Assembly: GCA_046726275.1 (NCBI GenBank)
Contig: JBKPAF010000014.1
Coordinates: forward strand, 442 to 64,441
Length of the DNA: 64,000 nucleotides
Reading direction: 5' to 3'
DNA from: Actinomycetota bacterium
Lineage (GTDB): Bacteria; Actinomycetota; UBA4738
Shown: positions 9,076 through 18,949 of the stretch, one piece after another
Position numbering within the stretch: position 1 is the first letter of the stretch
Layout: every line of letters starts with the position of its first letter
Position numbers and translations under genes: made by a program
The notes under the pieces: generated by a model
The model's database searches: none
What the model was told of the DNA's origin: nothing
Seen by the model: only the letters and a program-made list of their open reading frames with translations

Positions 9076-10182
9076 ATGTCGCGCGCGGGCGGCAAGCCGA
9101 ATGCCGAGCCCCTTGCCGAGCGGCTCCGGCGCAGGATCGCCGCTAACGGCCCGATGACGTTCGCCGAGTTCATGGAGCTGGCCCTGTACGACCGCCAGGA
9201 GGGGTTCTACTCCAGCGTGCCTGTGGGCGAGGAGGGCCACTACGTGACCAGCCCCCACGTGTCCCCGGTGTTTGGACGGTTGGTAGCCCGGCAGGTGTCG
9301 GAGCTCTGGAACCTCCTCGACCGACCGGCGCCGTTCGATGTGGTCGAGGTCGGGGCGGGCGATGGAACCCTCGCGCGTCAGATCCTTGGCGCCACGCCGG
9401 AAGAGCTCCTCGGCTCCCTCCGCTACCGGGCGGTCGAGAGAAGCGCCTCCGCCCGACAGGCCCTCGAATCCTCGGGGATCGAGGTCCTGGAGAGCCTGAG
9501 AGGGCTGCCCGATCCCGTCGTGGGATGCATCATCGCGAACGAGCTGCTCGACAACCTCCCCTTCCACCGCCTCCGGGGGACCCCGAACGGCCCGGTGGAG
9601 TTGTTCGTCGGCCTCGAGGCCGGCCGTCTCGCCCTCATCGAAGCTGCGCCGTCCAGCGACGCGTTGATGATTGGCGCCCCGACGCTCGGGCCCGGGGAAG
9701 AATTCGTGGTCAGTCCCGCCGCCCTCGCTTTCGTCGATGAAGCGGATGCGGCGTTGGAGCGGGGCTACCTGTGGCTGGTCGACTACGGCTTCGAGAACGC
9801 CGCCGAGCGACGGTCGGTACACGGCTACACCCACCACCGTGTTCACGATGACCTGTTGACCGACCCGGGTTCCAGCGACATCACGGCCGGCGTCGACTTC
9901 GCCGCGCTGGCCCGGCACGCCCGAAGCCGTGGGCTCCAGGTATGGGGACCGATCTCCCAGCGCGACGCCCTCCTCTCCCTGGGGTTCCGGCAGCTCGACG
10001 AGGAGGCGCAGGCTCGGCAGGTCGAAGCCATCGGCGCGCGGCGAGGGATCGACGCCCTCAGGATTTATTCCGACAGGAACCGAGCCAACCTTCTCCTCGG
10101 CCGTGCGGGGTTGGGCGCGGCCTGGGTCCTCTGCGTCGGGAAGAACGCGACCGCGGCCCCTGCTGCGTTCCGTACTCGTTGA
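9076..10182 (+). CDS. MidA/NDUFAF7-family SAM-dependent arginine methyltransferase
   Basis: GPMTFAEFMELALY...GFYS, YVTSP, VEVGAGDG, NELLDNLP, DITAGVDF. Confidence 0.88.
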   Translation: MSRAGGKPNAEPLAERLRRRIAANGPMTFAEFMELALYDRQEGFYSSVPVGEEGHYVTSPHVSPVFGRLVARQVSELWNLLDRPAPFDVVEVGAGDGTLARQILGATPEELLGSLRYRAVERSASARQALESSGIEVLESLRGLPDPVVGCIIANELLDNLPFHRLRGTPNGPVELFVGLEAGRLALIEAAPSSDALMIGAPTLGPGEEFVVSPAALAFVDEADAALERGYLWLVDYGFENAAERRSVHGYTHHRVHDDLLTDPGSSDITAGVDFAALARHARSRGLQVWGPISQRDALLSLGFRQLDEEAQARQVEAIGARRGIDALRIYSDRNRANLLLGRAGLGAAWVLCVGKNATAAPAAFRTR

Positions 10183-10200
10183 GTCGGCGGAGCGGCCGCT

Positions 10201-11388
10201 TCAGCGATCGACGTCGCCGACCACGAAGAACACGCTCCCCAGGATGGCGATCAGGTCGGGAACCAGCGTGCCCGGAAGGATGGCCGGGATGACTGCCACG
10301 TTGGAGAACGACGCCGTTCGCATCTTCATCCGGTACGGGAAGTCCCCGCCGTCACCGACGACGTAATAGCCCATCAGGCCCAGCGGGTTCTCCGTCCTTA
10401 GGTAGATCTCGCCCTCGGGGACCTTGATCTTCTTCGGGAGTTTCGGGGAGATGTACTGGCCGGCCGGAAGCTTCTCCAAGCACTGCTCGATGATCTTGCA
10501 CGATTCCCACATCCGCTGGACGAGCACCCACAGCCGGTCATAGCAGTCCCCGTTCTGCCCGACAGGGACGTCGAACTCGACCTCGCCGTATTTCTCGTAC
10601 GGCTCGTCCTTTCGGGGGTCCATGGGCACCCCGGACGCGTGGAGCACGGGTCCGGAGCAGCCATAGGCGGCGGCGACCTCGGGGGGAAGAAGGCCGATCC
10701 CCTTCGTCCGCGCGTGGATGATCTCGTTCCCCATGATGAGGTTCTCGAAGTCGACCAGCTTCTTGCGGACCCAGTCCAGCACCTCGGCCGATCGCTTGAG
10801 GAACCCCCGGGGGAGGTCGTCCTTCAGTCCTCCCACACGCACGTAGGAGTGATGCATCCGGGCTCCGGTCGCCGACTCCATGAGGTCCTGGATCATCTCC
10901 CGCTCCCGGAAGGCATAGAAGACCGGAGTCATCGCCCCGAGCTCGAGGGGGTACGAGCCCGTGAACATCAGATGGTTCAGGAGGCGGTTCCACTCGGCGA
11001 GCATCGTGCGGATCCACTGAGCCCGGTCCGGGACCTGGATGTCGAGCATGCGCTCCACCGCGATGACCCACCCGAGCTCGTTGTTGAGCGCGGACAGCCA
11101 GTCGTGCCGGTTCATCAGCACCAGCACCTGGCGGGGATCGCGGTATTCGGCGAGCTTTTCGGCGCCCCGGTGCATGTACCCGATGACGGGTTCGGCGCGG
11201 ATGATCATCTCGCCGTCCAGCTCGAGGACGATCCGGAGAACTCCGTGCGTCGACGGGTGCTGAGGGCCGATGTTGAGGATCATCTCCTCGGTTCGAAGCG
11301 GCCCCTCGGTGACCACTTCGATCCCGCCGCCCCGGAGCATCCAGGCGTCGCTGGCGGCAGTGAACGCCGCGCGCTCCCTCACGTCCAT
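10201..11388 (-). CDS. nuoD: NADH-quinone oxidoreductase subunit D (stand-alone copy)
   Basis: LNIGPQHPSTHGVLR, GYMHRGAEK, RIGG-like RVGG, GDCYDR, ENPLG, C-terminal LGSVFFVVGDVDR. Confidence 0.93.
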   Translation of the reverse strand: MDVRERAAFTAASDAWMLRGGGIEVVTEGPLRTEEMILNIGPQHPSTHGVLRIVLELDGEMIIRAEPVIGYMHRGAEKLAEYRDPRQVLVLMNRHDWLSALNNELGWVIAVERMLDIQVPDRAQWIRTMLAEWNRLLNHLMFTGSYPLELGAMTPVFYAFREREMIQDLMESATGARMHHSYVRVGGLKDDLPRGFLKRSAEVLDWVRKKLVDFENLIMGNEIIHARTKGIGLLPPEVAAAYGCSGPVLHASGVPMDPRKDEPYEKYGEVEFDVPVGQNGDCYDRLWVLVQRMWESCKIIEQCLEKLPAGQYISPKLPKKIKVPEGEIYLRTENPLGLMGYYVVGDGGDFPYRMKMRTASFSNVAVIPAILPGTLVPDLIAILGSVFFVVGDVDR

Positions 11389-11456
11389 CGCGATTCGAAG
11401 CCTAACAAAGCGCAGGAGGCACGCACGCCCGTCTCCCGCGGTACCGTAGCGCTGCG

Positions 11457-12629
11457 GTGGACTTCTCCATCCCGGACGAGTACCAGGAGCTGCTCGCGTC
11501 CTTCCGATCGTTCCTCGACCGGCAGGTCCGTCCGGTGGAAGAGCGATTCCGGCCCCTCCTGGAAGCAGATGAGCTTACCCCCGAGATGGACGAGGCCGGC
11601 CTCGCCCTAAGGCGAAGTTCGGCGGAGCTCGGGTTCTACGCGGGTCACATGCCCGAGTCGGTGGGCGGCTCCGGGCTTTCGAACCTCGGGTACACCTTGC
11701 TGATCGAAGAGGGCGGGAAGTCGGGGCTCAGGTTCGCGAGCTACGTGCTCGGTCCTCCCAACCCGGCCGCCCCCACCCCGATCCTGATGGAGCTCCCCGA
11801 GCACCTCCACGAGAAGTACGTCGAGCCGATGGTCCGCGCCGAGACCACGATGTGCTTTGCCCTGACCGAGCCCGAGGCCGGGTCCGACGCTCAGGCCATC
11901 CGGACCACCGCCAGACTCGAAGGGGACGAATGGATCGTCAACGGGCGAAAGCACTTCATCACGAACGGCGCTCGAGCGGACGTGGCAGTCGTGTTCGCGG
12001 TGACGGATCCGGATCGACGGGCGAACGGAGGCATCACCGCGCTCCTGGTCGAGCGCGACGCCCCGGGGTTCGTCGTGGGCCGGACTCAGAAGACCTTGGT
12101 CGGTGACTCCAACCAGGCCGAGCTGATCTTCGAGGACTGCCGCACCCCCAGAGAGAACGTCCTCGGGGAGGTGGGCTACGGCTTCCAGTCGGCGATGAAG
12201 TTCCTGAACGGCGGTCGCGCCTACATCGGGGCGCTCTGCGTGGGGATCGCCGACCATCTCGTCCGAATCTGCACCGAGTTCGCGAAGGAGCGGCACACCT
12301 TCGGAAGGCCCATCGGGAAGTATCAGGCGATCCAGTGGATGCTGGCCGACTCCGCCCTCGAGGTGCACGCCGCGAGGCTTATGACCTACCACCTGGCGTG
12401 GCTCGTGGACCGGGGCGATTCGCCCATCAAAGAGTCGTCCATGGTGAAGCTGAACAACACCGAGATGGTGAACCGGGTGGCCGATCGGGCCGTGCAGATC
12501 TACGGCGGGATGGGGCTGCTCGCCGAAGGCCCCGTCGAGCGGATCTTCCGGTGGGTTCGGATGCTTCGGATCGTCGAGGGGACGAGCGAGATCCAGCGCC
12601 TCATCATCGCCCGCTCCTTGGGGCTGTAG
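11457..12629 (+). CDS. acyl-CoA dehydrogenase
   Basis: CFALTEPEAGSDA, VNGRKHFITNG, ERHTFGRPIGKYQAIQ, IYGGMG, IVEGTSEIQR. Confidence 0.93.
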   Translation: MDFSIPDEYQELLASFRSFLDRQVRPVEERFRPLLEADELTPEMDEAGLALRRSSAELGFYAGHMPESVGGSGLSNLGYTLLIEEGGKSGLRFASYVLGPPNPAAPTPILMELPEHLHEKYVEPMVRAETTMCFALTEPEAGSDAQAIRTTARLEGDEWIVNGRKHFITNGARADVAVVFAVTDPDRRANGGITALLVERDAPGFVVGRTQKTLVGDSNQAELIFEDCRTPRENVLGEVGYGFQSAMKFLNGGRAYIGALCVGIADHLVRICTEFAKERHTFGRPIGKYQAIQWMLADSALEVHAARLMTYHLAWLVDRGDSPIKESSMVKLNNTEMVNRVADRAVQIYGGMGLLAEGPVERIFRWVRMLRIVEGTSEIQRLIIARSLGL

Positions 12630-12634
12630 ACGGT

Positions 12635-14179
12635 TCAGGGGGTCCGGAGCAACGGGTACCGCTCGCGCCGTTTCGCCATGGCCAGCCGGTTATGAGCCCG
12701 GTATCCAGCGAACGCCGTGACCAGGCTGGCCCCGAGCAGCAGGAACAGACCGTGGGCGCTCGAGGGATCACCCAGCCGAATCAGCTCGTAGCTGGCCAGG
12801 CCGATCCCGGCGAACCCGACGAGGGCCGCCCCGACCGCGAGGAGCGAGGCGGCCCAGCGACGCCGGGTCCGCCACAGCCGGAGTCCCACCAGGAACAGGA
12901 GGACCGCTCCGATCGCCACGAGAGCGCCCGAACGGAACTCGGCTCCGACGTGGCTGTCGGTGGACGATCCCACCGCCCCCCAGGGCAGGAAGATGCTGAC
13001 CAGCATCGCCACCCCTGCCGCGCAGATGAAGCCGCCCGGCACGCGGACGTTGACGGTGCTCACTTCGTCCGGTGCCGATGGGAATTGGCCCAGGGGCCTG
13101 GGCGGTGGGCCGGCGACCGCGGGCTCGACTTCGGGCAGGGCAGCCGTCCGCTTCATGGTTGCGACCGAAGCCGTCGATACCTCGCCCACCGGAACCGGCA
13201 CGGTATCCACCTCCGGAGCGGCATGACCTGGACGGAGATCGATCAACCGCCCTTCGCTCGCCGCCGCGTCCTGGGGAGCGGCCGCGGCTTTGAGGGTGTC
13301 TGGACATCCGGCGAGCGAGGCTCGCAGCGCTTCCCTCCATTCCCACGAGGACGAGAACCTCTCCGAGGGGTCCCAGTCCAATCCCCGCGCCACCACATCA
13401 GCGAGCAACGGCGGCACGTCTCTGCGCAGGGACTCGATCCGTGGCGCCTCGTTGTCGGACCTATTGATCTCCTGAGGTGACTCGATCGCGAACGGCGCCC
13501 GGCCCGTCAGCGTCTCGTACAGGATCACCGCCGCCGAGTAGACATCGCTTCGCGAGTCGGCCGTGGCCGCGCGGGCAGGGTCCGCCTGCTCCGGCGCCAT
13601 GTACTGAGGTGATCCCAAAACCATGGTATGTGGACCTCCCTCCAACCTCCTGGCGATCCCGAAGTCCCCGAGCAGGGTCCGCTCGGTCGCCACCGGCTTC
13701 CCGTCCCGCCGAAGGGCTTCCTGGCGCTCGGGGGCCACGCTTCGAAACAGCACATTGCTCGGCTTCACGTCCCTGTGGACGATCCGAAGGTCGTGGACGG
13801 CGATCAGGCACTCCGCGATCTCGAGCGAAAGGCCAACCGCCTCCCGTACCGAGAAAGGCTGATCGAGCTGTCCCCGAAGGCGAAGGCGATCCTCCAGCGT
13901 TCCGTGGTCGGCGAACTCCATCACCATGTACGGCCGGCCATCGGTGAGATGCCCCACCTCGTACACACGGACGATCCGGTCGCTCTCGAGCCGGCGCAGA
14001 GCCCTTGCCTCCTCGATGAACCGGCGGCGCGCATCGTCGTTCATGCTCCAGTTCTCTGCCAGGAGCTTGATGGCGACCCACGCGTCCAGATCCTCGTCGC
14101 GGGCCAGCCAGACCGTGGCATAGCTTCCGCTTCCGAGGGCGCGCTCGACCTGAAAGCGGCCGATCTGAGCGAGCGTCAC
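12635..14179 (-). CDS. Hanks-type Ser/Thr protein kinase with C-terminal membrane helices
   Basis: GSGSYATV, VAIK, HRDVKPSN, DFG, YMAPE, SDVYS, Pro/Ala linker, about three hydrophobic helices. Confidence 0.92.
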   Translation of the reverse strand: MTLAQIGRFQVERALGSGSYATVWLARDEDLDAWVAIKLLAENWSMNDDARRRFIEEARALRRLESDRIVRVYEVGHLTDGRPYMVMEFADHGTLEDRLRLRGQLDQPFSVREAVGLSLEIAECLIAVHDLRIVHRDVKPSNVLFRSVAPERQEALRRDGKPVATERTLLGDFGIARRLEGGPHTMVLGSPQYMAPEQADPARAATADSRSDVYSAAVILYETLTGRAPFAIESPQEINRSDNEAPRIESLRRDVPPLLADVVARGLDWDPSERFSSSWEWREALRASLAGCPDTLKAAAAPQDAAASEGRLIDLRPGHAAPEVDTVPVPVGEVSTASVATMKRTAALPEVEPAVAGPPPRPLGQFPSAPDEVSTVNVRVPGGFICAAGVAMLVSIFLPWGAVGSSTDSHVGAEFRSGALVAIGAVLLFLVGLRLWRTRRRWAASLLAVGAALVGFAGIGLASYELIRLGDPSSAHGLFLLLGASLVTAFAGYRAHNRLAMAKRRERYPLLRTP

Positions 14180-14321
14180 ATCGTCTCCTTACGTGCCCTT
14201 CGAACAGGCGCTCCCAGGGGCGACCTGGTAACGGTTCGGTGCCAGGTTCCCAGAAAGCTTGCCATGCATGTCCCGGTTTGGGACGAAGGCGCGTGGGGGA
14301 GCCGCTGCTACGCTCTACCGG

Positions 14322-14627
14322 GTGACCATCCTCTCCTACCTGAGGTTCTCGCTCACTCGGGAGGCGGACCGAGAGGACTTCGAGAAGGACATGCGCTCGA
14401 TGCTCGACCTGGCGACGCGACAGCCGGGATATCGGTGGGCTGAGATGGGTCCGTCGTTGCTGGATCCGACCGTCTATCTGGTCGTGTCCGAGTGGGAGGA
14501 GGTCGAACAGGTCCGCGCGTGGGAACACGAGGAAGAGCACTCGGGCGTCATAGAAAAATGGGAGCCGCACTACCGCGAGCCTCTGTTCCACCAGCGATTC
14601 GTGCCATGGCAGAGGACGGCGCCGTGA
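14322..14627 (+). CDS. antibiotic-biosynthesis-monooxygenase (ABM)-like ferredoxin-fold protein
   Basis: F...REDFE.......A..QPGY......S..DP..YLVVSEWE pattern. TACGCT 7 nt before GTG 14322. Confidence 0.75.
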   Translation: MTILSYLRFSLTREADREDFEKDMRSMLDLATRQPGYRWAEMGPSLLDPTVYLVVSEWEEVEQVRAWEHEEEHSGVIEKWEPHYREPLFHQRFVPWQRTAP

Positions 14628-15994
14628 CCGCCCGAACGCGACAAGCAACCGATTCCCGGCGCGGCGTTCCGTCACTCGACGGGCTCCTCCGTTCGGAGCC
14701 GGGCAGGAAGGCCGCCCTGAAGTTCGGGCGCCCGTTGGTGAAGCATGCGCTTCAGGTAACGCTGTCCCAGATCCGGGACGAAGCCGCCCGAGGGGGTGAC
14801 GTTCCCGATAACGACCAGATCCTCGCCAGGGCGATCGGCCGAGCAGCGAGGAGCTACTACGGGATGAACGAGGTGATCAACGCCTCGGGGGTGATCCTCC
14901 ATACGGGTCTGGGCCGCGCCCCGCTTCCGCCGCGGGCGGCCGAGGCGGCCGCGATGGCCGGGAAGACGTACTCGGACCTCGAGGTCGAGCGGGAAACGGG
15001 CTCGCGGGGTCGTCGCACCTCGCACGCCGAGTCGCTGCTCCTCGCCCTCACTGGCGCCGACGACGCGCTGGTGGTGAACAACAATGCGGCGGCCCTCCTC
15101 CTCGCGTTGGCGACACTGGCCCAGAAGAAGGAGGTCCTGGTCTCGAGGGGCGAGCTCATCGAGATCGGCGGGGAGTTCCGGCTGCCGGAGATCCTCGCAG
15201 CCTCCGGGGCCAAGCTCGTCGAGGTGGGGACGACGAATCGCACGCGCGGCAACGACTACCGGCGGGCTATCACCCCTCGCACGGCGCTCATCCTCAAGGT
15301 CCACCCAAGCAACTACCGGGTGGTCGGATTCACCAACACGGTGCCGGTCGGAGAGCTGGCGGAGATCGCCAAGGGCGCCAAGGTGCCCTTGCTGTACGAC
15401 GTCGGCAGTGGTCTGCTGGACCGCTATCCCGAGGTGCCCGGCGAAGAGCCCGCCGTCACCGAGGCCCTGGCCGGCGGGGCGGACCTCGTGTCGTTCTCCG
15501 GCGACAAGCTGCTGGGCGGACCCCAGGCGGGTCTCCTGGTCGGGAGGTCCGATCTGATCGGGCGGCTCCGTCGCCATCCCATGGCTCGCGCCCTGCGCGT
15601 GGACAAGATGACCGTCGCCGCCCTAGAGGCCGTTCTCCGACTCTATGCCACGGACCGTCGCCATGAGCTCCCGCTCTGGGACTTCCTCTCCGTCAAACAG
15701 AGCAGGCTGCTGTCCAGGGCCAAGGCGTTGGCGACGTGCTTCCGTGGAGCGACGGCACGGACGGGTGAGGCCGTGGCGGGCGGAGGATCCCTGCCCGGCT
15801 ACGGCATCCCATCGGCCGAGCTGGTGGTCAAGGTCCCTTCTCCGGACGCTGCCGCCGCCCGTCTCCGCCTCGGACGACCGTCTGTGTTTTGCCGTGTAGA
15901 CGACGGAGCTCTGGTCTTCGACCTCCGCACGGTCCCGCCGGAGGACGACGACCGGCTGGCTCGGGCCATCCGCTACGCCCTCGAGCAGTCCTGA
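14624..15994 (+). CDS. selA: L-seryl-tRNA(Sec) selenium transferase (selenocysteine synthase)
   Basis: VINASGVILHTGLGRAPL, YSDLE, VVNNNAAA, SRGELIEIGGEFRLP, EVGTTNRT, FSGDKLLGGPQAG (PLP Lys). GTGA overlap with the ABM gene. Confidence 0.96.
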   Translation: MTARTRQATDSRRGVPSLDGLLRSEPGRKAALKFGRPLVKHALQVTLSQIRDEAARGGDVPDNDQILARAIGRAARSYYGMNEVINASGVILHTGLGRAPLPPRAAEAAAMAGKTYSDLEVERETGSRGRRTSHAESLLLALTGADDALVVNNNAAALLLALATLAQKKEVLVSRGELIEIGGEFRLPEILAASGAKLVEVGTTNRTRGNDYRRAITPRTALILKVHPSNYRVVGFTNTVPVGELAEIAKGAKVPLLYDVGSGLLDRYPEVPGEEPAVTEALAGGADLVSFSGDKLLGGPQAGLLVGRSDLIGRLRRHPMARALRVDKMTVAALEAVLRLYATDRRHELPLWDFLSVKQSRLLSRAKALATCFRGATARTGEAVAGGGSLPGYGIPSAELVVKVPSPDAAAARLRLGRPSVFCRVDDGALVFDLRTVPPEDDDRLARAIRYALEQS

Positions 15995-16007
15995 TCCGTT
16001 CGCGGCC

Positions 16008-17894
16008 ATGACTGCCGCACGGATGTCCGAATCCGCGGAGCTCCGGCCGCTCCAAGTGGTGGCGACCGCGGGCCACGTTGACCACGGGAAGTCCGCTCTC
16101 ATCCTGCGGCTGACCGGCATCGACCCGGACCGGCTGGCCGAGGAGAAACGACGGGGCTTGACGATCGATCTCGGCTTCGCATGGACCAGCCTGCCCTCGG
16201 GCCAGGAGATCGGCTTCGTCGACGTTCCGGGCCACGAGCGATTCGTCAGGAACATGCTGGCCGGGGTGGGGCCCGTTCGTCTGGTGCTGTTCGTGGTGGC
16301 CGCCGACGAAGGGTGGAAGCCGCAATCCGAGGAACACCTTCAGATCGTCGACGTGCTCGGGGCGCACGGAGGAGTGGTGGCTCTGACCAAGAGCGACCTC
16401 GTGGACGACGTGATCCTTGCCGGTCGAACCGAAGATGTCCGGGCCAGGCTCGAAGGGACTCGTCTGGAAAGGGCACCGATCGTGGCGTGCTCCGCAGCCA
16501 CGGGTCTGGGACTGGGCGACCTTCGGGCAGCCCTGGACGCCGCGGTGACCCATGCACCCATTCCGGACCGTGATGCCCGGCCCCGTCAGTTCATCGACCG
16601 CGTGTTCACCATCCGTGGTGCGGGGACTGTGGTGACGGGCACCCTCACGGGGGGACCGATCTCGGTGGGTCAGGAGGCCGAGGTCCTCCCGTCTGGCCAC
16701 CGGGCCCGGATCCGCGGTCTCCAGACGCACAAGCGATCCCTGGAGGTCGCCCAGCCGGTGAGCCGCGTAGCCGTGAACCTTTCCGGGACGGCCAAGGCCG
16801 ATCTGGAGCGTGGCGACGTGCTGACCCTGCCCGGCCAGTGGCGTCCGACCACAGTGTTCGAGGGCTGGATCCGGCCGGTCAGAGGTCTCGCCCATCCACT
16901 GACCTCCCGGGGGGCGTACAAGTTCTACGCGGGATCCGCGGAGCGAGATGCCCGTCTCCGGCTGTACGGCACGGCGGAGCTTCGAGCCGGGGACGAGGCC
17001 TTCATCAGAGCGACCCTCTCCCGTCCCGTCGTGCTCGACTTCAAGGACGCCTTCGTCCTCCGGGAGGCCGGCAGGCATGAGACCGTGGCGGGCGGGCAGG
17101 TCCTGGACACGGACCCCCCACTCCGTCCCGGCCCAGATCCGATCGGGCGGCTGAGGGCGAGGCAGGACGCGGATCGGGGCACCCTCGCCTGGCGTATGGT
17201 GGCCGATCGGGGAACGGTGAGGGCGGCCGACGTGCTCGTGTTGTCCGGAGCGAGGGCTGAGGAGGCGGTACAGCGGGGCGCGATCCGGCTGGACGGCTGG
17301 CTGGCCAGCCCGGACCTCATCCGCGACGTATCAGGCCACCTGACCTCGCAGCTCGCCCGGTTCCACGAAGCACATCCGCTCCGGGCCGGGCTCGAGGTCG
17401 GCGAGGCCCGAGTCGTGCTGGCCGAGCGCTCCGAGAGGTTCTCCGATCCGGGCATCGCCGACGCGTTCATCGCCTACCTGACAGCGAAAGGAGATGTCGT
17501 TCGCGAGGGCACTACTGTGCGACTGGCGGACCATCGGGCCTCCACCTCCGGCCGGGAAGATGCCGACCGTCTGGTGAAAGCGGTGGAGGAGGCGGAACCG
17601 ACTCCCCCTTCGGTCAAGGAGCTGGTCGCGCAGGGCTACGCCGCGGAGCTGATCCAGGCCGTGTGTAGCGACGGACGGCTGATCAGGGTCTCTCCGGATA
17701 TCGTGATCTCGCCTGGGTTCCTCGCTCGGGCAGAGGCTGTCGTGCGAGAAAGAGGCGGGCCGCCCGGGATCACGGTCTCTGCTTTCCGGGAAGCTCTGGG
17801 AACGAGCAGACGATTCGCTCTGCCCATCCTGGAGTATTTCGACGGTCGGGGCCTCACCCGGCGGCAGGGCGACTACCGCGTGCTCCGCGCATAA
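16008..17894 (+). CDS. selB: selenocysteine-specific translation elongation factor
   Basis: TAGHVDHGKS, EEKRRGLTIDLGFA, DVPGHERF, LTKSD, C-terminal winged helix ending SRRFALPILEYFD...TRRQGDYRVL. Confidence 0.96.
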   Translation: MTAARMSESAELRPLQVVATAGHVDHGKSALILRLTGIDPDRLAEEKRRGLTIDLGFAWTSLPSGQEIGFVDVPGHERFVRNMLAGVGPVRLVLFVVAADEGWKPQSEEHLQIVDVLGAHGGVVALTKSDLVDDVILAGRTEDVRARLEGTRLERAPIVACSAATGLGLGDLRAALDAAVTHAPIPDRDARPRQFIDRVFTIRGAGTVVTGTLTGGPISVGQEAEVLPSGHRARIRGLQTHKRSLEVAQPVSRVAVNLSGTAKADLERGDVLTLPGQWRPTTVFEGWIRPVRGLAHPLTSRGAYKFYAGSAERDARLRLYGTAELRAGDEAFIRATLSRPVVLDFKDAFVLREAGRHETVAGGQVLDTDPPLRPGPDPIGRLRARQDADRGTLAWRMVADRGTVRAADVLVLSGARAEEAVQRGAIRLDGWLASPDLIRDVSGHLTSQLARFHEAHPLRAGLEVGEARVVLAERSERFSDPGIADAFIAYLTAKGDVVREGTTVRLADHRASTSGREDADRLVKAVEEAEPTPPSVKELVAQGYAAELIQAVCSDGRLIRVSPDIVISPGFLARAEAVVRERGGPPGITVSAFREALGTSRRFALPILEYFDGRGLTRRQGDYRVLRA

Positions 17895-17914
17895 GCAGCG
17901 TCAGCCGCGCCCGA

Positions 17915-18373
17915 TTATTCGATCTCGGCCAGCATCTCGACCTCGACTGGGGCACCGAGGGGCAACTCAGGAACCCCGACGGCGGTGCGGGCATGTCGCC
18001 CGGCGTCGCCGAGCACCTCGGCGAGGAGGTCACTGGCTCCATTGCCCACCTTCGATTGGTCGGTGAACCCGGGAGCCGAGACCACGAACACCCCGAGCCT
18101 CACGATCCTCCGGATGCGGTCGAGCGAGCCGAGATGGGCCCGCAGGGCCGACAAGGCCTGGAGGGCGCACCGCCGAGCCGCCTCCGCACCGGCAGCCACG
18201 TCGAGATTCTCGCCGAGCCTGCCCGTCCACAAGAGCTTGCCCTCGGCCATGGGGACTTGCCCGGACACGTAGGCCAAGTTTCCAGTGATCGAGACCGGGA
18301 TGTACGAGGCCACAGACTGGGGCGGTGGGGGAAGCTCGATCCCCAGTTCCCGCAGCCGATCCTCCGCGCCCAT
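17915..18373 (-). CDS. RidA/YjgF family protein
   Basis: RLRELGIELP, YVSGQVP, NGASDLL..V.G..G.HARTAVGV.ELPLGAPVEVE. Confidence 0.9.
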   Translation of the reverse strand: MGAEDRLRELGIELPPPPQSVASYIPVSITGNLAYVSGQVPMAEGKLLWTGRLGENLDVAAGAEAARRCALQALSALRAHLGSLDRIRRIVRLGVFVVSAPGFTDQSKVGNGASDLLAEVLGDAGRHARTAVGVPELPLGAPVEVEMLAEIE

Positions 18374-18454
18374 CGGCGTACGGTACAACAGCCTTCAGGA
18401 AGGGCTATAAGGGACGGGGGTGACTTCCGGCGCCCGCTCGCCGAAGCAGTCTGC

Positions 18455-18739
18455 TCAGCCGGCGTCGCGCAGGCTGCCCCGCTCGCGCTCCCGGATCAGG
18501 ATGCGCCGTTCAAGCTCGTTCAGGCCACCCCAGATCCCATGAGGCTCGCGGATCCGGATCGCGTACTCCAGGCAGTCGATACGGACCGGGCAGAGGGCAC
18601 AGATGCCCTTGGCCTGGCGCTCACGGATCGTCTTCTCCTCCCTCGTTTCAGGACGGTTCGGGGCGAAGAAGAGGCTTGAGTCCTCTCCACGGCATGCCGC
18701 CCGCCACTGCCATCCATGCTCCCACCTGTGTGTCGCCAC
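18455..18739 (-). CDS. WhiB family Fe-S transcription factor (WhiB3/WhiD-like)
   Basis: WQWRAAC...LFF...AKGICALCPVRIDC...REPHGIWGG. Start GTG 18739 inferred. Confidence 0.88.
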   Translation of the reverse strand: MATHRWEHGWQWRAACRGEDSSLFFAPNRPETREEKTIRERQAKGICALCPVRIDCLEYAIRIREPHGIWGGLNELERRILIRERERGSLRDAG

Positions 18740-18949
18740 TGGCGCGGCCTTCAGGCCTTCCCTCCTTCGAGAGGCTCCCCTGTGTCGCTTCCCATGCGAT
18801 CTCTCGAGCGGGCTCTTCCCAGTTCTTCGGCCGATTGACGCACGGAAGACTGGCCGCGTTCCCCCGTCTGGCGTTTGTTTACGGAATCCACACAAACCTA
18901 AGACCAAGGTGAGACCCGGCTGGGGGCTTCGCCGGCCCGGCAGGCCCGG

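Noticed and set aside
14625-14627. ABM gene TGA beside selA as a possible Sec codon
   Set aside because: It is the GTGA stop/start overlap with selA, and the domain is already complete.
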